From: a virus
Length of the DNA stretch: 64,000 nucleotides
IMG/VR virus record: IMGVR_UViG_3300036770_004732
Location: 47,302 to 111,301 of that record
Direction: 5' to 3' (one strand)
A program made the position numbers and the translations under genes. Within the stretch, counting starts at the first letter, position 1, and each line of letters opens with the position of its first letter. Of the stretch, positions 53,709 to 62,081 are shown piece by piece. Below the pieces are notes generated by a model. The model ran no database searches. It was given only the letters and a program-made list of their open reading frames with translations, and had not been told where the DNA came from.

Positions 53709-54148
53709 GTAACTGCTACAGTTAGAGTACCTCCTTTTGAGTACAGCGGAGAATAAGTATTATCATAATTATAAATTAAACTATATTTTGCACTGTTTAA
53801 ATTATAAGTTGCTCCACTATCCCCATTCGTAAGCATATCAGTCCAAGTCCTATTGAAATCCATAATATTTTCATAAAACTTTTGATTCCAAATATCCATA
53901 CTTAATCCAGAAGATGGGTGTTGCCCTGCTGGACTTGTAGATCTCCAAGTAACATATTGAACACCACTTCCATCATATCCATTTACTGATGAAACTGTAA
54001 ATAAACTGGGCAAACTAGGTGTCGTAGCACTAATAGAAAATCCAGTTATGGTGTTAATTGCTGTTGCATCATCGGCGGTAAATTGAACTTCCCAAGCACT
54101 TCCCTCAGTAGGAGTTGCAAGTGTTAGTGTTATTGTTGCTGACGCCAT
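53705..54148 (-). CDS. Ser/Thr-rich hypothetical protein
   Basis: ORF track, 147 aa. Confidence 0.65.
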   Translation of the reverse strand: MASATITLTLATPTEGSAWEVQFTADDATAINTITGFSISATTPSLPSLFTVSSVNGYDGSGVQYVTWRSTSPAGQHPSSGLSMDIWNQKFYENIMDFNRTWTDMLTNGDSGATYNLNSAKYSLIYNYDNTYSPLYSKGGTLTVAVT

Positions 54149-54277
54149 ATTTTGTTCTTTATTTTTTATCTATATTATGTATAAAAGAAATTCCCATTAT
54201 AGGGACTACAATTATACCAAACCCACAAAGACCCAACCATATTGGACTTGCTGCTAGTGTCTCTACAATATGGAAAA

Positions 54278-54499
54278 TCATACTCCTCTCCAATTCTTAT
54301 ATTCATAATGAAAATATTGGTCTACTGTGTCGTCTAATGGTGCATCAACATTCCATTCAGACCATTCTTTACAAAACTGTTTTATATGTTCATTGTTTAA
54401 AACTCGTCTACCATATGACCTTACAAAACAGGTCATCGCAAATTTATATCTTTCTTTATCCATATGCGTGAGTGAGTCCCCATTGAATGAGTAAAGCAA
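54278..54499 (-). CDS. hypothetical protein
   Basis: ORF track; start uncertain. Confidence 0.6.
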   Translation of the reverse strand: MLYSFNGDSLTHMDKERYKFAMTCFVRSYGRRVLNNEHIKQFCKEWSEWNVDAPLDDTVDQYFHYEYKNWRGV

Positions 54500-54906
54500 T
54501 TGTCGAAAAAAGTAAAATAGCAGATACAGAAGTTTTCATTACATTCCTCCGTTTCTAAAACCGACTATGTAACCAATAATGAGACCACACATAAAGGATA
54601 CGAACATATACAAAATGTGTGAGACAAACTCAATGAATATCAACCAGTCCGTCGTAGTCATCGTCTTCGTAAGTAGATGGTTCTTCAAAGAGTTCTTCCA
54701 TTTTTTGTTGTAAAACTCTTTCTTGTAGTTCTTTTAAATCGTCCTCTGTAATCATTTGTCCTTTAAAAGTTCTTCTATTCTTTTACGCATATTTGTGCTG
54801 TCTTGTTTCATATAGTCACGCAAAGAATAACCACGCTGATTTCTCATAATACAAGTTCCTTGATAGAACATTGTGGAGGCAAATACCAATAATAAGACAA
54901 TGCCGA

Positions 54907-55110
54907 TTATTTCAGGGTAATGTCTAACCATGGGAATATGGGAGGAATAACACCTACAAGTCTTAAAAGTCCCTCAGCAAATAAAGCAAGAACAACCCAA
55001 CCAACACACATAGAAATAATGGAAGCATTCCGATTGTGCCTTCGTATAGCAGCATCAATCATCTCCTGAACTTCATACCTACTCACTAATTCATTATGAT
55101 CATGAATCAT
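54907..55110 (-). CDS. small membrane protein
   Basis: EVQEMIDAAIRRHNRNASIISM followed by a transmembrane helix. Confidence 0.7.
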   Translation of the reverse strand: MIHDHNELVSRYEVQEMIDAAIRRHNRNASIISMCVGWVVLALFAEGLLRLVGVIPPIFPWLDITLK

Positions 55111-55370
55111 TTTTCATCTCCAAGAAACTTTGCGAGAGGATCTCTTCTGGTCTTTACAATTTCAACTGCTCTCTTATAGAACATATTATTTGTGTTCCCA
55201 GAGGCTTCGAAAGTCTCCTTGATCTTCACCCAATTATCATAGGTGTGTTGATCCATAAGAATTTGAGTTGAATACTACTAGTTAGTCTAGTAAGTGCTTT
55301 CAACTTGTCAAGTTTGTGTTGATACAAAAACATAGATTAAGAAAATCTATGTTTTTGTAATATTTTTAAA

Positions 55371-55457
55371 CGGAGGAAAGGCGAGTCGAACGCCTAAGGG
55401 CTTTAACACCTCAACGCTTTTCAAGAGCGGTTCCGTCACCAATCGGATTGTTCCTCC
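55371..55457 (-). tRNA. tRNA-Ser(UGA)
   Basis: Cloverleaf with long variable arm; ct-TGA-aa loop. Confidence 0.93.
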
Positions 55458-55467
55458 AATAAAGTCC

Positions 55468-55725
55468 TTAACGGACTTCAAAATCTAATCGTCTTACTTT
55501 ACGTTGACGACGTGCTTCTTGCCAAGCAATATCTTCACTTGTAAGAACACCAGATTTTATTTTATTATGATAAGAGTTTAGTATAATAACTTGTGATAAG
55601 TCAACTGCTGAAATCTTATCTCCACGAATCGTTGCCATATTTGAACAACCACATGTTACTGTTTTATTTCGATGCCCTTCTATTTCCTTTCCACAGGAGC
55701 GACATCTTATTTTCAAATTTTCCAT
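55468..55725 (-). CDS. Zn-ribbon hypothetical protein
   Basis: CRSC...CGC.N; C-terminal RKVRRLDFEVR. Confidence 0.7.
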   Translation of the reverse strand: MENLKIRCRSCGKEIEGHRNKTVTCGCSNMATIRGDKISAVDLSQVIILNSYHNKIKSGVLTSEDIAWQEARRQRKVRRLDFEVR

Positions 55726-55731
55726 TTTAAT

Positions 55732-56166
55732 TCATTCAGTAAAAGATCTTAACATCCAAATAAATTTTCCGTGTGCTTCATTTAAGTCATCAATAAGATT
55801 AGTAGTTCCTCTTGATTTTTGTAATTCTGCTTCTTCAGCAACTTCTCCCAAAAGTCTAACTAGAGTTTCATTATCAGAAATAAGATCTCTTACCATTCCC
55901 ATATCATCCAATTTATTATTTGTTTCAAGAACATGAGAAACCTCAGTAATTCTAGTAAGAGTACTGACAGGTTTAATTTTTAAATATCTCATATGTTCAG
56001 TAAGACGATCAATTTCTTCAAACATTGCTTCATATTGTTCTCCAAAAACTTTATGAAATTGATAAAACTCAGATCCTACAACATTCCAATGATAAACCCA
56101 AGTTTTTTGAAACAACATGAACAGGGTTGCTTGAGTATCTGAAAGTAATTTATAAAGTTTTTCCAT
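55732..56166 (-). CDS. dps: Dps/ferritin-like protein
   Basis: YHWNVVG..F...H..F.EQY...IDRLTE and HGKFIWMLRS motifs; TATAAATA at 56184-56191. Confidence 0.9.
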   Translation of the reverse strand: MEKLYKLLSDTQATLFMLFQKTWVYHWNVVGSEFYQFHKVFGEQYEAMFEEIDRLTEHMRYLKIKPVSTLTRITEVSHVLETNNKLDDMGMVRDLISDNETLVRLLGEVAEEAELQKSRGTTNLIDDLNEAHGKFIWMLRSFTE

Positions 56167-56192
56167 TATACCAGTTTTTTAGATATTTATAA

Positions 56193-56265
56193 TGGGCAAT
56201 CACAGATTCGAACTGTGGACTTTCTGCGTGTAAAGCAGACACTCTAACCGCTGAGTTAATCGCCC
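56193..56265 (-). tRNA. tRNA-Val(UAC)
   Basis: Cloverleaf; tt-TAC-ac loop. Confidence 0.95.
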
Positions 56266-56662
56266 TGAAATTTATTCAGTCTAACATATACTCTACTGTA
56301 TTTGCAACATCACTCATAGCATCACGAAGATTTTCTCTTTGACCCGATTCTTGTTTAACAATTGGGCGATGATCATCGACAAGAGTCCAACGCCATTGAT
56401 TTAGTTCTTTACAAAACCACAAATTAATTTTCATTCTTATAATGCTCTAATTCTACCCAGCGAAGAAGAGTATTAAAAGCATAAATTGATGCTTCTGTAC
56501 AGTTATCTTCTTTGAGTTTCTGGATATAATACTCAAGTGCCTCAATGACCATTTCACGGTCTTTCTGGGAAATAAGAGACATAAACCTCCTAACTCGTTA
56601 CTTATAATACAATAAAAAGGGGGTTTCGTCAACCCCCTTCGTTATAACTATGTAGTTGCGGA

Positions 56663-58159
56663 TCAGAAAGTAAACTTCGCCTGAATTACACCACCAAAGT
56701 TATCGGTAGCATTACGGAAAGACTGGTTGTTGGAAACATAGAAGATCGCAGGAGTCACACTGATGTTGTCGCTCACACGATACTTATAGAATACTTCCCA
56801 CATCGTTGCGTTCGCAGGCAGTCCTTGAGCGTTGCCTGGTTGTCCCACAGCACCACCAAAAGAATTACCCTTTGCAAACACATCACTCCATTGAAGTCCA
56901 GTGAACCAAGACTGAGAGTTGGTAGCACCGTTTGCGTTAGGTAGAGGAGCACCACTCACATAGTTCCAACCATAAGCAGCAGAGATGGAAGGAACCCAAC
57001 CACTCTGCAGAGGTTGCCAGTAAGCATTCAGAGCATAACCATTTGAACCTTGTCCGTTGGTAAGAGCACCACTACCACCACCAAGAGCGTTGAAGGTGCG
57101 AACACGAGTGCCCCGAGTACCGTAACGATAACCGAAAGCAACACCCCAGTTAGGAGCTTTATAACCAATCTGAGCAAGAGTATTCAGTCCACCAGATTCA
57201 TTGAAGACACCAGTCTGACTGTTGTTACCGTTTTCGGCAACATAGTTCAAACCAGCAACGATTCCACCTTTCTTTCCAGGTTGAACATACTGAACGCCAA
57301 AACCAGCACCAGTTGCCTTGTTATAGACACCAGGAGCGCCAGCAACAGCAAAGAAGTCAAGAATTTCTGAGCGATATGCCGAAGGAATCCATGCCATCTC
57401 AGTGTTACGAACCAGAGCACCAGCAGTCAGAGTTACACCCTTGCTAACTGGGAACTGATAGTAAAGACGATCCAACCAAACATTGCTGTTAGTTCCAGTG
57501 CCTTGTGATTGTTCTGCCTTATCCAGTTTGAACAGAGAACGTGAAGAACCAAAAGGTTGAGCACTGAAGTTACCACTACGCAGACGGGTACGAAGCAAGT
57601 CCTTACCAGTGAACGAAGTATCAAAATTCAGACGGAGATCATAGTTGAAAGTTGTGTTTCCAGATTGGTTTCCGTTTGTGAGGTAAGCATTATTAACGCC
57701 ACCCAGAACAAAATTAACTTCACCTTTCAGTTTGGTTGTGGTGGAGAATTGTTGTGCTTCCAGAACACCAACTTTGGTTTCCAGACCATCAACACGACCT
57801 TTGAGAACTGCAAGTTCTGCTTGGAACTCGTTCATCAGACGACGAAGTTCATCGGTGACTTCAGAGACACGATCAAGGCAAGCATTCAAAAGTGCTGCTG
57901 CCTCAAAACGAGTCATTGCCTTACCACCACCAAAGGTGCCGTTAGGATAACCAGCAACGCAACCATAACGCTCTACGAGGTTGCTGAGTGCTTGATATGC
58001 CCAGTCGGTAGGACGAACATCAGAGAATTGAGTAATGCTTGTAACTTGACTCTCAGAGTATTGATTGACCGCACCCATATTAAGTTCTGCGGCATTCGCA
58101 GCAACAGGAGCAACCATACCCAGAGCAACAGGTGCAAGCATCAGTTGATTGAGTTTCAT
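56663..58159 (-). CDS. cyanobacterial outer-membrane porin (SomA/OprB-like with SLH domain)
   Basis: Signal peptide; QVTSITQFSDVRPTDWAYQAL..LVERYGC, FSTTTKL.GE and TSFTGKDLL motifs; terminal Phe. Confidence 0.93.
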   Translation of the reverse strand: MKLNQLMLAPVALGMVAPVAANAAELNMGAVNQYSESQVTSITQFSDVRPTDWAYQALSNLVERYGCVAGYPNGTFGGGKAMTRFEAAALLNACLDRVSEVTDELRRLMNEFQAELAVLKGRVDGLETKVGVLEAQQFSTTTKLKGEVNFVLGGVNNAYLTNGNQSGNTTFNYDLRLNFDTSFTGKDLLRTRLRSGNFSAQPFGSSRSLFKLDKAEQSQGTGTNSNVWLDRLYYQFPVSKGVTLTAGALVRNTEMAWIPSAYRSEILDFFAVAGAPGVYNKATGAGFGVQYVQPGKKGGIVAGLNYVAENGNNSQTGVFNESGGLNTLAQIGYKAPNWGVAFGYRYGTRGTRVRTFNALGGGSGALTNGQGSNGYALNAYWQPLQSGWVPSISAAYGWNYVSGAPLPNANGATNSQSWFTGLQWSDVFAKGNSFGGAVGQPGNAQGLPANATMWEVFYKYRVSDNISVTPAIFYVSNNQSFRNATDNFGGVIQAKFTF

Positions 58160-58290
58160 AAAAGTGTTTTAGTACTAAACGACATATTGAGTAACTTTGC
58201 AAATAGTTGCGGCATCGTCACATCACGGTATTTATCTTAACAGTTTCTTTGGGATCAGTCAAGCCCTTTACGGGTTTTACGATTTTTATA

Positions 58291-58361
58291 AGCGAATGAC
58301 GGGGATCGAACCCGTGACACCAACTTGGAAGGATGGGATGTTACCGCTACACCACATTCGC
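58291..58361 (-). tRNA. tRNA-Gly(UCC)
   Basis: Cloverleaf; ct-TCC-aa loop. Confidence 0.93.
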
Positions 58362-58411
58362 AAAAGTGGGAGATTTCTCTCCCAGCACATTCCCTTCACA
58401 CGGATAAGGAA

Positions 58412-58440
58412 ATTATATAACAAACTTAAAAGTTTGTCAA
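58412..58440 (-). promoter_or_regulatory. consensus sigma70 promoter TTGACA-17-TATAAT
   Basis: Perfect consensus upstream of tRNA-Gly. Confidence 0.8.
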
Positions 58441-58512
58441 GCCCCCGACAAGACTTGAACTTGCGACAACCGCTTTACAAAAGCGGTGCTCTACCAACTG
58501 AGCTACAAGGGC
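58440..58512 (-). tRNA. tRNA-Thr(UGU)
   Basis: Cloverleaf; ccgct-tt-TGT-aa-agcgg. Confidence 0.95.
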
Positions 58513-58515
58513 GAA

Positions 58516-58663
58516 AGGTGATGAGTGCCCATCACCAGCGGAAGACACTCTCCGCAACGAGAGGGGGTGATCAAATCCCCGACCTAAGAAAACTTAGGAT
58601 TTAGTGAGTCGGATATGATGATCCCGACTCTTATGGAAGACGCAGACATTTCCAGACCTTCCA
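58516..58663 (-). ncRNA. unassigned multi-hairpin RNA between tRNA-Asn and tRNA-Thr
   Basis: Six consecutive hairpins, two pairs of complementary loops. Confidence 0.55.
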
Positions 58664-58664
58664 A

Positions 58665-58738
58665 CTCCCGTTGCTGGGATCGAACCAGCGACATTCGGAT
58701 TAACAGTCCAACGCAACTACCAACTGTGCTAAACGGGA
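58665..58738 (-). tRNA. tRNA-Asn(GUU)
   Basis: Cloverleaf; ct-GTT-aa loop. Confidence 0.95.
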
Positions 58739-58744
58739 ATGATG

Positions 58745-58789
58745 GAGTAAGTGTGATATATCTCATAAGGATATAACAGTGACTTACCC
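58745..58789 (-). ncRNA. 45-nt hairpin element, copy 2
   Basis: gggtaagt/acttactc outer stem; follows TTGACA-17-TAATAT (58804-58832). Confidence 0.55.
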
Positions 58790-58828
58790 TCTATCACTTT
58801 TATATATTAGACTAATTTTGAGTTTATG

Positions 58829-59299
58829 TCAAGTCCAAAGATTATGGTCATATTCCCAATGACAGTTTGGACACAAAGGCATTATATTTTCTTTTGAATT
58901 TATAACACTAATCATAATATCTTCACTAAAAGAAGATATTGGTTTAATGTGAGCAATTTCTATATGTTTATTATAACCACACTTTGTACATTCAGTAAAT
59001 CCAAGTTTTTTAGCAAAAGATCTTGCTCGTGTTCTAACTAATGCGAAAGCAGAAGATCTATGATGTTTTTCATATATCGCTTCTCTAAGCGTCATATCTC
59101 TTACTTCTCTTTCTTTCATCCATAACAAATAATGTTCTTTACAGCGAGAACGATTTGCTGTTATTGCTTCTCCACAATCAATACATTTATGTTCTGGTTT
59201 TCTTTTTGGTGCTATTTTATTATTATATGAGGCAGCACAACTTCTCCCACAAAACTTTGGATTTTTTGTTTCTCCTTCACAGAATAAACATTTATTCAT
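58829..59299 (-). CDS. free-standing HNH endonuclease with N-terminal Zn fingers
   Basis: KFCGRSC and CTKCGY..EIAHIKP...NIMPLCPNCHWEYD motifs; TATAAATA at 59322-59329. Confidence 0.9.
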   Translation of the reverse strand: MNKCLFCEGETKNPKFCGRSCAASYNNKIAPKRKPEHKCIDCGEAITANRSRCKEHYLLWMKEREVRDMTLREAIYEKHHRSSAFALVRTRARSFAKKLGFTECTKCGYNKHIEIAHIKPISSFSEDIMISVINSKENIMPLCPNCHWEYDHNLWT

Positions 59300-59349
59300 A
59301 ATCGAACCTTTTAGTTATTATTATTTATAATACTCTAAGGTTCAAAAAG

Positions 59350-59625
59350 CGTCTCAGGAGGGACTCGAACCCCCGACCAACTGCTTAGCTTACCACTACG
59401 AATTTCTCCGCCATTTCTGTTTGTGGTCTGGACTTTCTCTTTACCATATCCCAAAGGACTTAGGCACTTCCCGTAAAGTCTCTACACCTTCATCTAACGA
59501 TGCTTGGCTCGGGATTGCCATTTTAAAGGGTTCCCCGAATTTGAGAAGTTACATTCATAAAGTTTCCTTTATGACGCTCCATTTATGTTTAAGGCAGATG
59601 CTCTATTCCACTGAGCTACTGAGAC
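59350..59625 (-). tRNA. tRNA-Arg(UCU), split: exons 59591-59625 and 59350-59388
   Basis: Exons (35 + 39 nt) rejoin to a cloverleaf: acceptor gtctcag/ctgagac, anticodon loop ct-T|CT-aa, T-loop ttcgagt. Confidence 0.9.
59389..59590 (-). mobile_element. group I intron (202 nt, ORF-less) in the tRNA-Arg anticodon
   Basis: Follows exon U, ends in G; core AAATTCGGGGAA, GGCAATCCCGAGCCAAGC, GTGTAGAGACT and AAGAGAAAGTCC. Confidence 0.9.
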
Positions 59626-59651
59626 AGTATGGAAGAACAAAATCTTCCAAG

Positions 59652-59723
59652 TAGGACTGGAGGGAATTGAACCCTCTTCACACCGTTATAAGCAGTGGGC
59701 CTTAACCAATAGGCGACAGTCCC
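59652..59723 (-). tRNA. tRNA-Ile(UAU)
   Basis: Cloverleaf; cactg-ct-TAT-aa-cggtg. Confidence 0.9.
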
Positions 59724-59809
59724 AGAGACCCTCCTGTTTGTGCTTCTATGAGAGGCATGGAGGGGGAGGGTCTTATGGAAGGGTTGGAACCTCGCCTGCC
59801 CATGAGAGT

Positions 59810-59838
59810 ATTATAAGGTGCTAGAACCTACCCGTCAA
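59810..59838 (-). promoter_or_regulatory. sigma70 promoter TTGACG-17-TATAAT
   Basis: Heads the Ile/Arg tRNA transcript. Confidence 0.7.
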
Positions 59839-60026
59839 GCCTTTGCTGCTTTACGAGCGTTCTTCTCCTCAGAAATCTCCAACCTACGCGCCTTGACGAG
59901 TTTTGAAAGTTCCTGAAGTGCTTTGCGTGCTCTTGTACCTGCGGCACTATTTCCACCTACAAACTTTTCATCTTCAGTTTGCCAAGTAGTTACCGCATCG
60001 GTGATTTGTTGTACTGTAGTAGACAT
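59835..60026 (-). CDS. histone H1-like (Hc1 family) protein
   Basis: KF..GNSAAGTRARKALQEL..L.K..R motif; GGAG RBS. Confidence 0.75.
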   Translation of the reverse strand: MSTTVQQITDAVTTWQTEDEKFVGGNSAAGTRARKALQELSKLVKARRLEISEEKNARKAAKA

Positions 60027-60067
60027 AATAATCTCCAAAAAATAAGATATGTTTATATATAACACTT

Positions 60068-60478
60068 TTAAAAACAATTTTCAACCCAAGGAGCACAAAT
60101 TCTCATTGGTGGTGCAAGTTTCTTACATTCTTCAGTATAACACAAAGTCTCATCGTTTCTTTCTTCTAGATATTTTTGTCTATGTTTTTTATCATAATCG
60201 GAAATAATCCGATTATATTCCGAATTTACATCACGAATTGCTCGATCAACATCCCTTTCAACTCTACGATTTATTTTGTTAGGATCTTTAAGTATAACTT
60301 CATTAATAATAGTTTGTGGGAAAAATTCTCTTTGAATTTCGTCCAGTAAGTCCCAAAGTGCATTTTCAGATACCTTAGTACATTGTGAAAGTGCTGCAAT
60401 AATAGTTGATAATATAATCCCTACAATTATAAGTTGTTTTTTATCTGGTTTTTTATTTCCAAACTTAAATTTAAACAT
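60068..60478 (-). CDS. membrane-anchored hypothetical protein
   Basis: N-terminal transmembrane helix; C-terminal Cys motif. Confidence 0.7.
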   Translation of the reverse strand: MFKFKFGNKKPDKKQLIIVGIILSTIIAALSQCTKVSENALWDLLDEIQREFFPQTIINEVILKDPNKINRRVERDVDRAIRDVNSEYNRIISDYDKKHRQKYLEERNDETLCYTEECKKLAPPMRICAPWVENCF

Positions 60479-60509
60479 AAAGGGGAGTAAGTAGCACTCC
60501 CCTTATATA

Positions 60510-61148
60510 TCAAACTTCTACCACGATCAGTCTGGAAGCATAATCATGAGCATACGAAGTGCGAGCACCATGATGCCCCCAACCAATCCAATCATACGCA
60601 TAGTCCATGTAACGATTGATAGACTTACCAGGAGTTTTCATCCTGTCCTCAATCTCTTTCCATTGAACTTCATTTGTTAGATAACGAAGTTGCGTGTGAA
60701 GTGATGATGGAGAACCACCATACCTCTTAGCAAAATCACCCAATCCATAATAACGATTGGCAGATGTCCATTGAATCAGTCCGTAACCACGTCCGCAGTT
60801 ACTCCAACTGGTTCTGCTACCACCTTCACAAATGTTAGGAATAAACGTAGATTCCTGACGAATATTGCCCATGATGGTAGCAAGGGCGTTTCTGTCTTTA
60901 ATACCACGATCCTGGAAAAATGCCAGGGTAGCATTCTCATATTCATTACACCCTTTACAAATTAACCTTTTCTCTTTTGGCTTTTCGGGAGCAACCTTGC
61001 GGATTGCTGTCTTTGATGTAGGCTCCTCTGGAACAATCGCAAAAGGTGGATTATTCACTGGTGGAGGAGGAAACACTTGAGGCAGTGTTGCCGTTGTAGT
61101 TGTAACCGTTGCCAGGAGAGGCAAGGATACTGTAAAGAAGTTTTGCAT
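60510..61148 (-). CDS. phage tail lysozyme-like (Phage_lysozyme2) cell-wall hydrolase
   Basis: ALATIMGNIRQES, GYGLIQWT..R and QLRYL motifs; N-terminal signal-like/Pro-rich segment. Confidence 0.85.
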   Translation of the reverse strand: MQNFFTVSLPLLATVTTTTATLPQVFPPPPVNNPPFAIVPEEPTSKTAIRKVAPEKPKEKRLICKGCNEYENATLAFFQDRGIKDRNALATIMGNIRQESTFIPNICEGGSRTSWSNCGRGYGLIQWTSANRYYGLGDFAKRYGGSPSSLHTQLRYLTNEVQWKEIEDRMKTPGKSINRYMDYAYDWIGWGHHGARTSYAHDYASRLIVVEV

Positions 61149-61323
61149 TAAAATTAATTGAACTCTACATCCGTATAGGCAAAGGAGAAGTTCCCCTTTC
61201 TCAAGGGGCAGTGCCCACGGCTCTAAATCACAGTCAAAGTCACATGACAAAAAACCCTACTCATAACAGGGATTTTTACATAATAAGTTAATATTTAGGT
61301 TTTGTCAAGTTTTGTAAGGTAAA

Positions 61324-61512
61324 TCAATTTTCTCCAATAAACTCCAAAGATAATACATCATGCTCGGCAATATCAGGATTCATCCATTCACTGAATTCCA
61401 ATTGAATTGCATAAGCATTATCATTTTCCTTTAGTTCACAAAGAAAATGGATTCGATCAACTGCCCAATCATGTGAATTACGAAGAGTCAGTTCAAGGGT
61501 GGTCATAATCAT
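61324..61512 (-). CDS. hypothetical protein
   Basis: ORF track. Confidence 0.6.
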   Translation of the reverse strand: MIMTTLELTLRNSHDWAVDRIHFLCELKENDNAYAIQLEFSEWMNPDIAEHDVLSLEFIGEN

Positions 61513-61590
61513 CGGAGTTGTTTAGAACCATACTATACCACCCTCAACCCGACAATGCAAGTCTAAATACCAACACTATAAGATAATTTT

Positions 61591-62016
61591 ATGAGTTGGC
61601 AATACAATGGAGAAATCTTTACCGATGTTCCCAAAGGAATGGAAGGATTTGTTTATATTATTACCAACTTAACAAATAATAAAAAGTATATTGGTAAAAA
61701 ACATTTTTGGACAAGGCAAAAGAATAAAAAGACGGGAAGAAGAAAAACAGAAGAATCTGATTGGAAAAATTACTTTGGTTCTTGCGATGAACTTAATGAA
61801 GATGTAAAAAAAATAGGTAAAGAACATTTCCTTAGAGAAATTCTTTACCTGTGTCCTCATAAGAAATCTATGAGTTATTATGAAACTTATGAACAATTTA
61901 ACCGTAATGTATTAATGAGTGAAGAGTATTATAATACAAATATTGGTGGAACCTTTTATATGAGTGAATCTCAAAGAATTTATGGTGTGGTTCTTAAGTC
62001 TTCTAAGATTAGCTAA
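61591..62016 (+). CDS. GIY-YIG (Seg-like) nuclease family protein
   Basis: GFVYIITNLTNNKKYIGKK, YFGS, FLREIL and YYNTNI motifs. Confidence 0.85.
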   Translation: MSWQYNGEIFTDVPKGMEGFVYIITNLTNNKKYIGKKHFWTRQKNKKTGRRKTEESDWKNYFGSCDELNEDVKKIGKEHFLREILYLCPHKKSMSYYETYEQFNRNVLMSEEYYNTNIGGTFYMSESQRIYGVVLKSSKIS

Positions 62017-62052
62017 AGCCTCATCTTCAACCGGGACAAAGGTAGTCTAGAC

Positions 62053-62081
62053 AAAAAAAGGGGACTTGTCAAGCCCCCTTT
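62053..62081 (-). terminator. rho-independent terminator
   Basis: aagggg/cccctt stem with a T run on the minus strand. Confidence 0.55.

Noticed and set aside
57050-58604. Plus-strand ORFs of 106, 227, 72 and 135 aa
   Set aside because: Antisense to the porin gene and tRNAs
58516-58663. Inter-tRNA structure as tmRNA or RNase P RNA
   Set aside because: No tRNA-like domain, tag reading frame or RNase P conserved regions recognisable
58584-58766. 60-aa ORF MRYITL...
   Set aside because: Runs through tRNA-Asn; the MRYITL match with copy 1 is explained by the conserved hairpin, where the frame closes after 8 codons
59421-59654. Plus-strand 77-aa ORF
   Set aside because: Antisense to the tRNA-Arg intron and 5' exon
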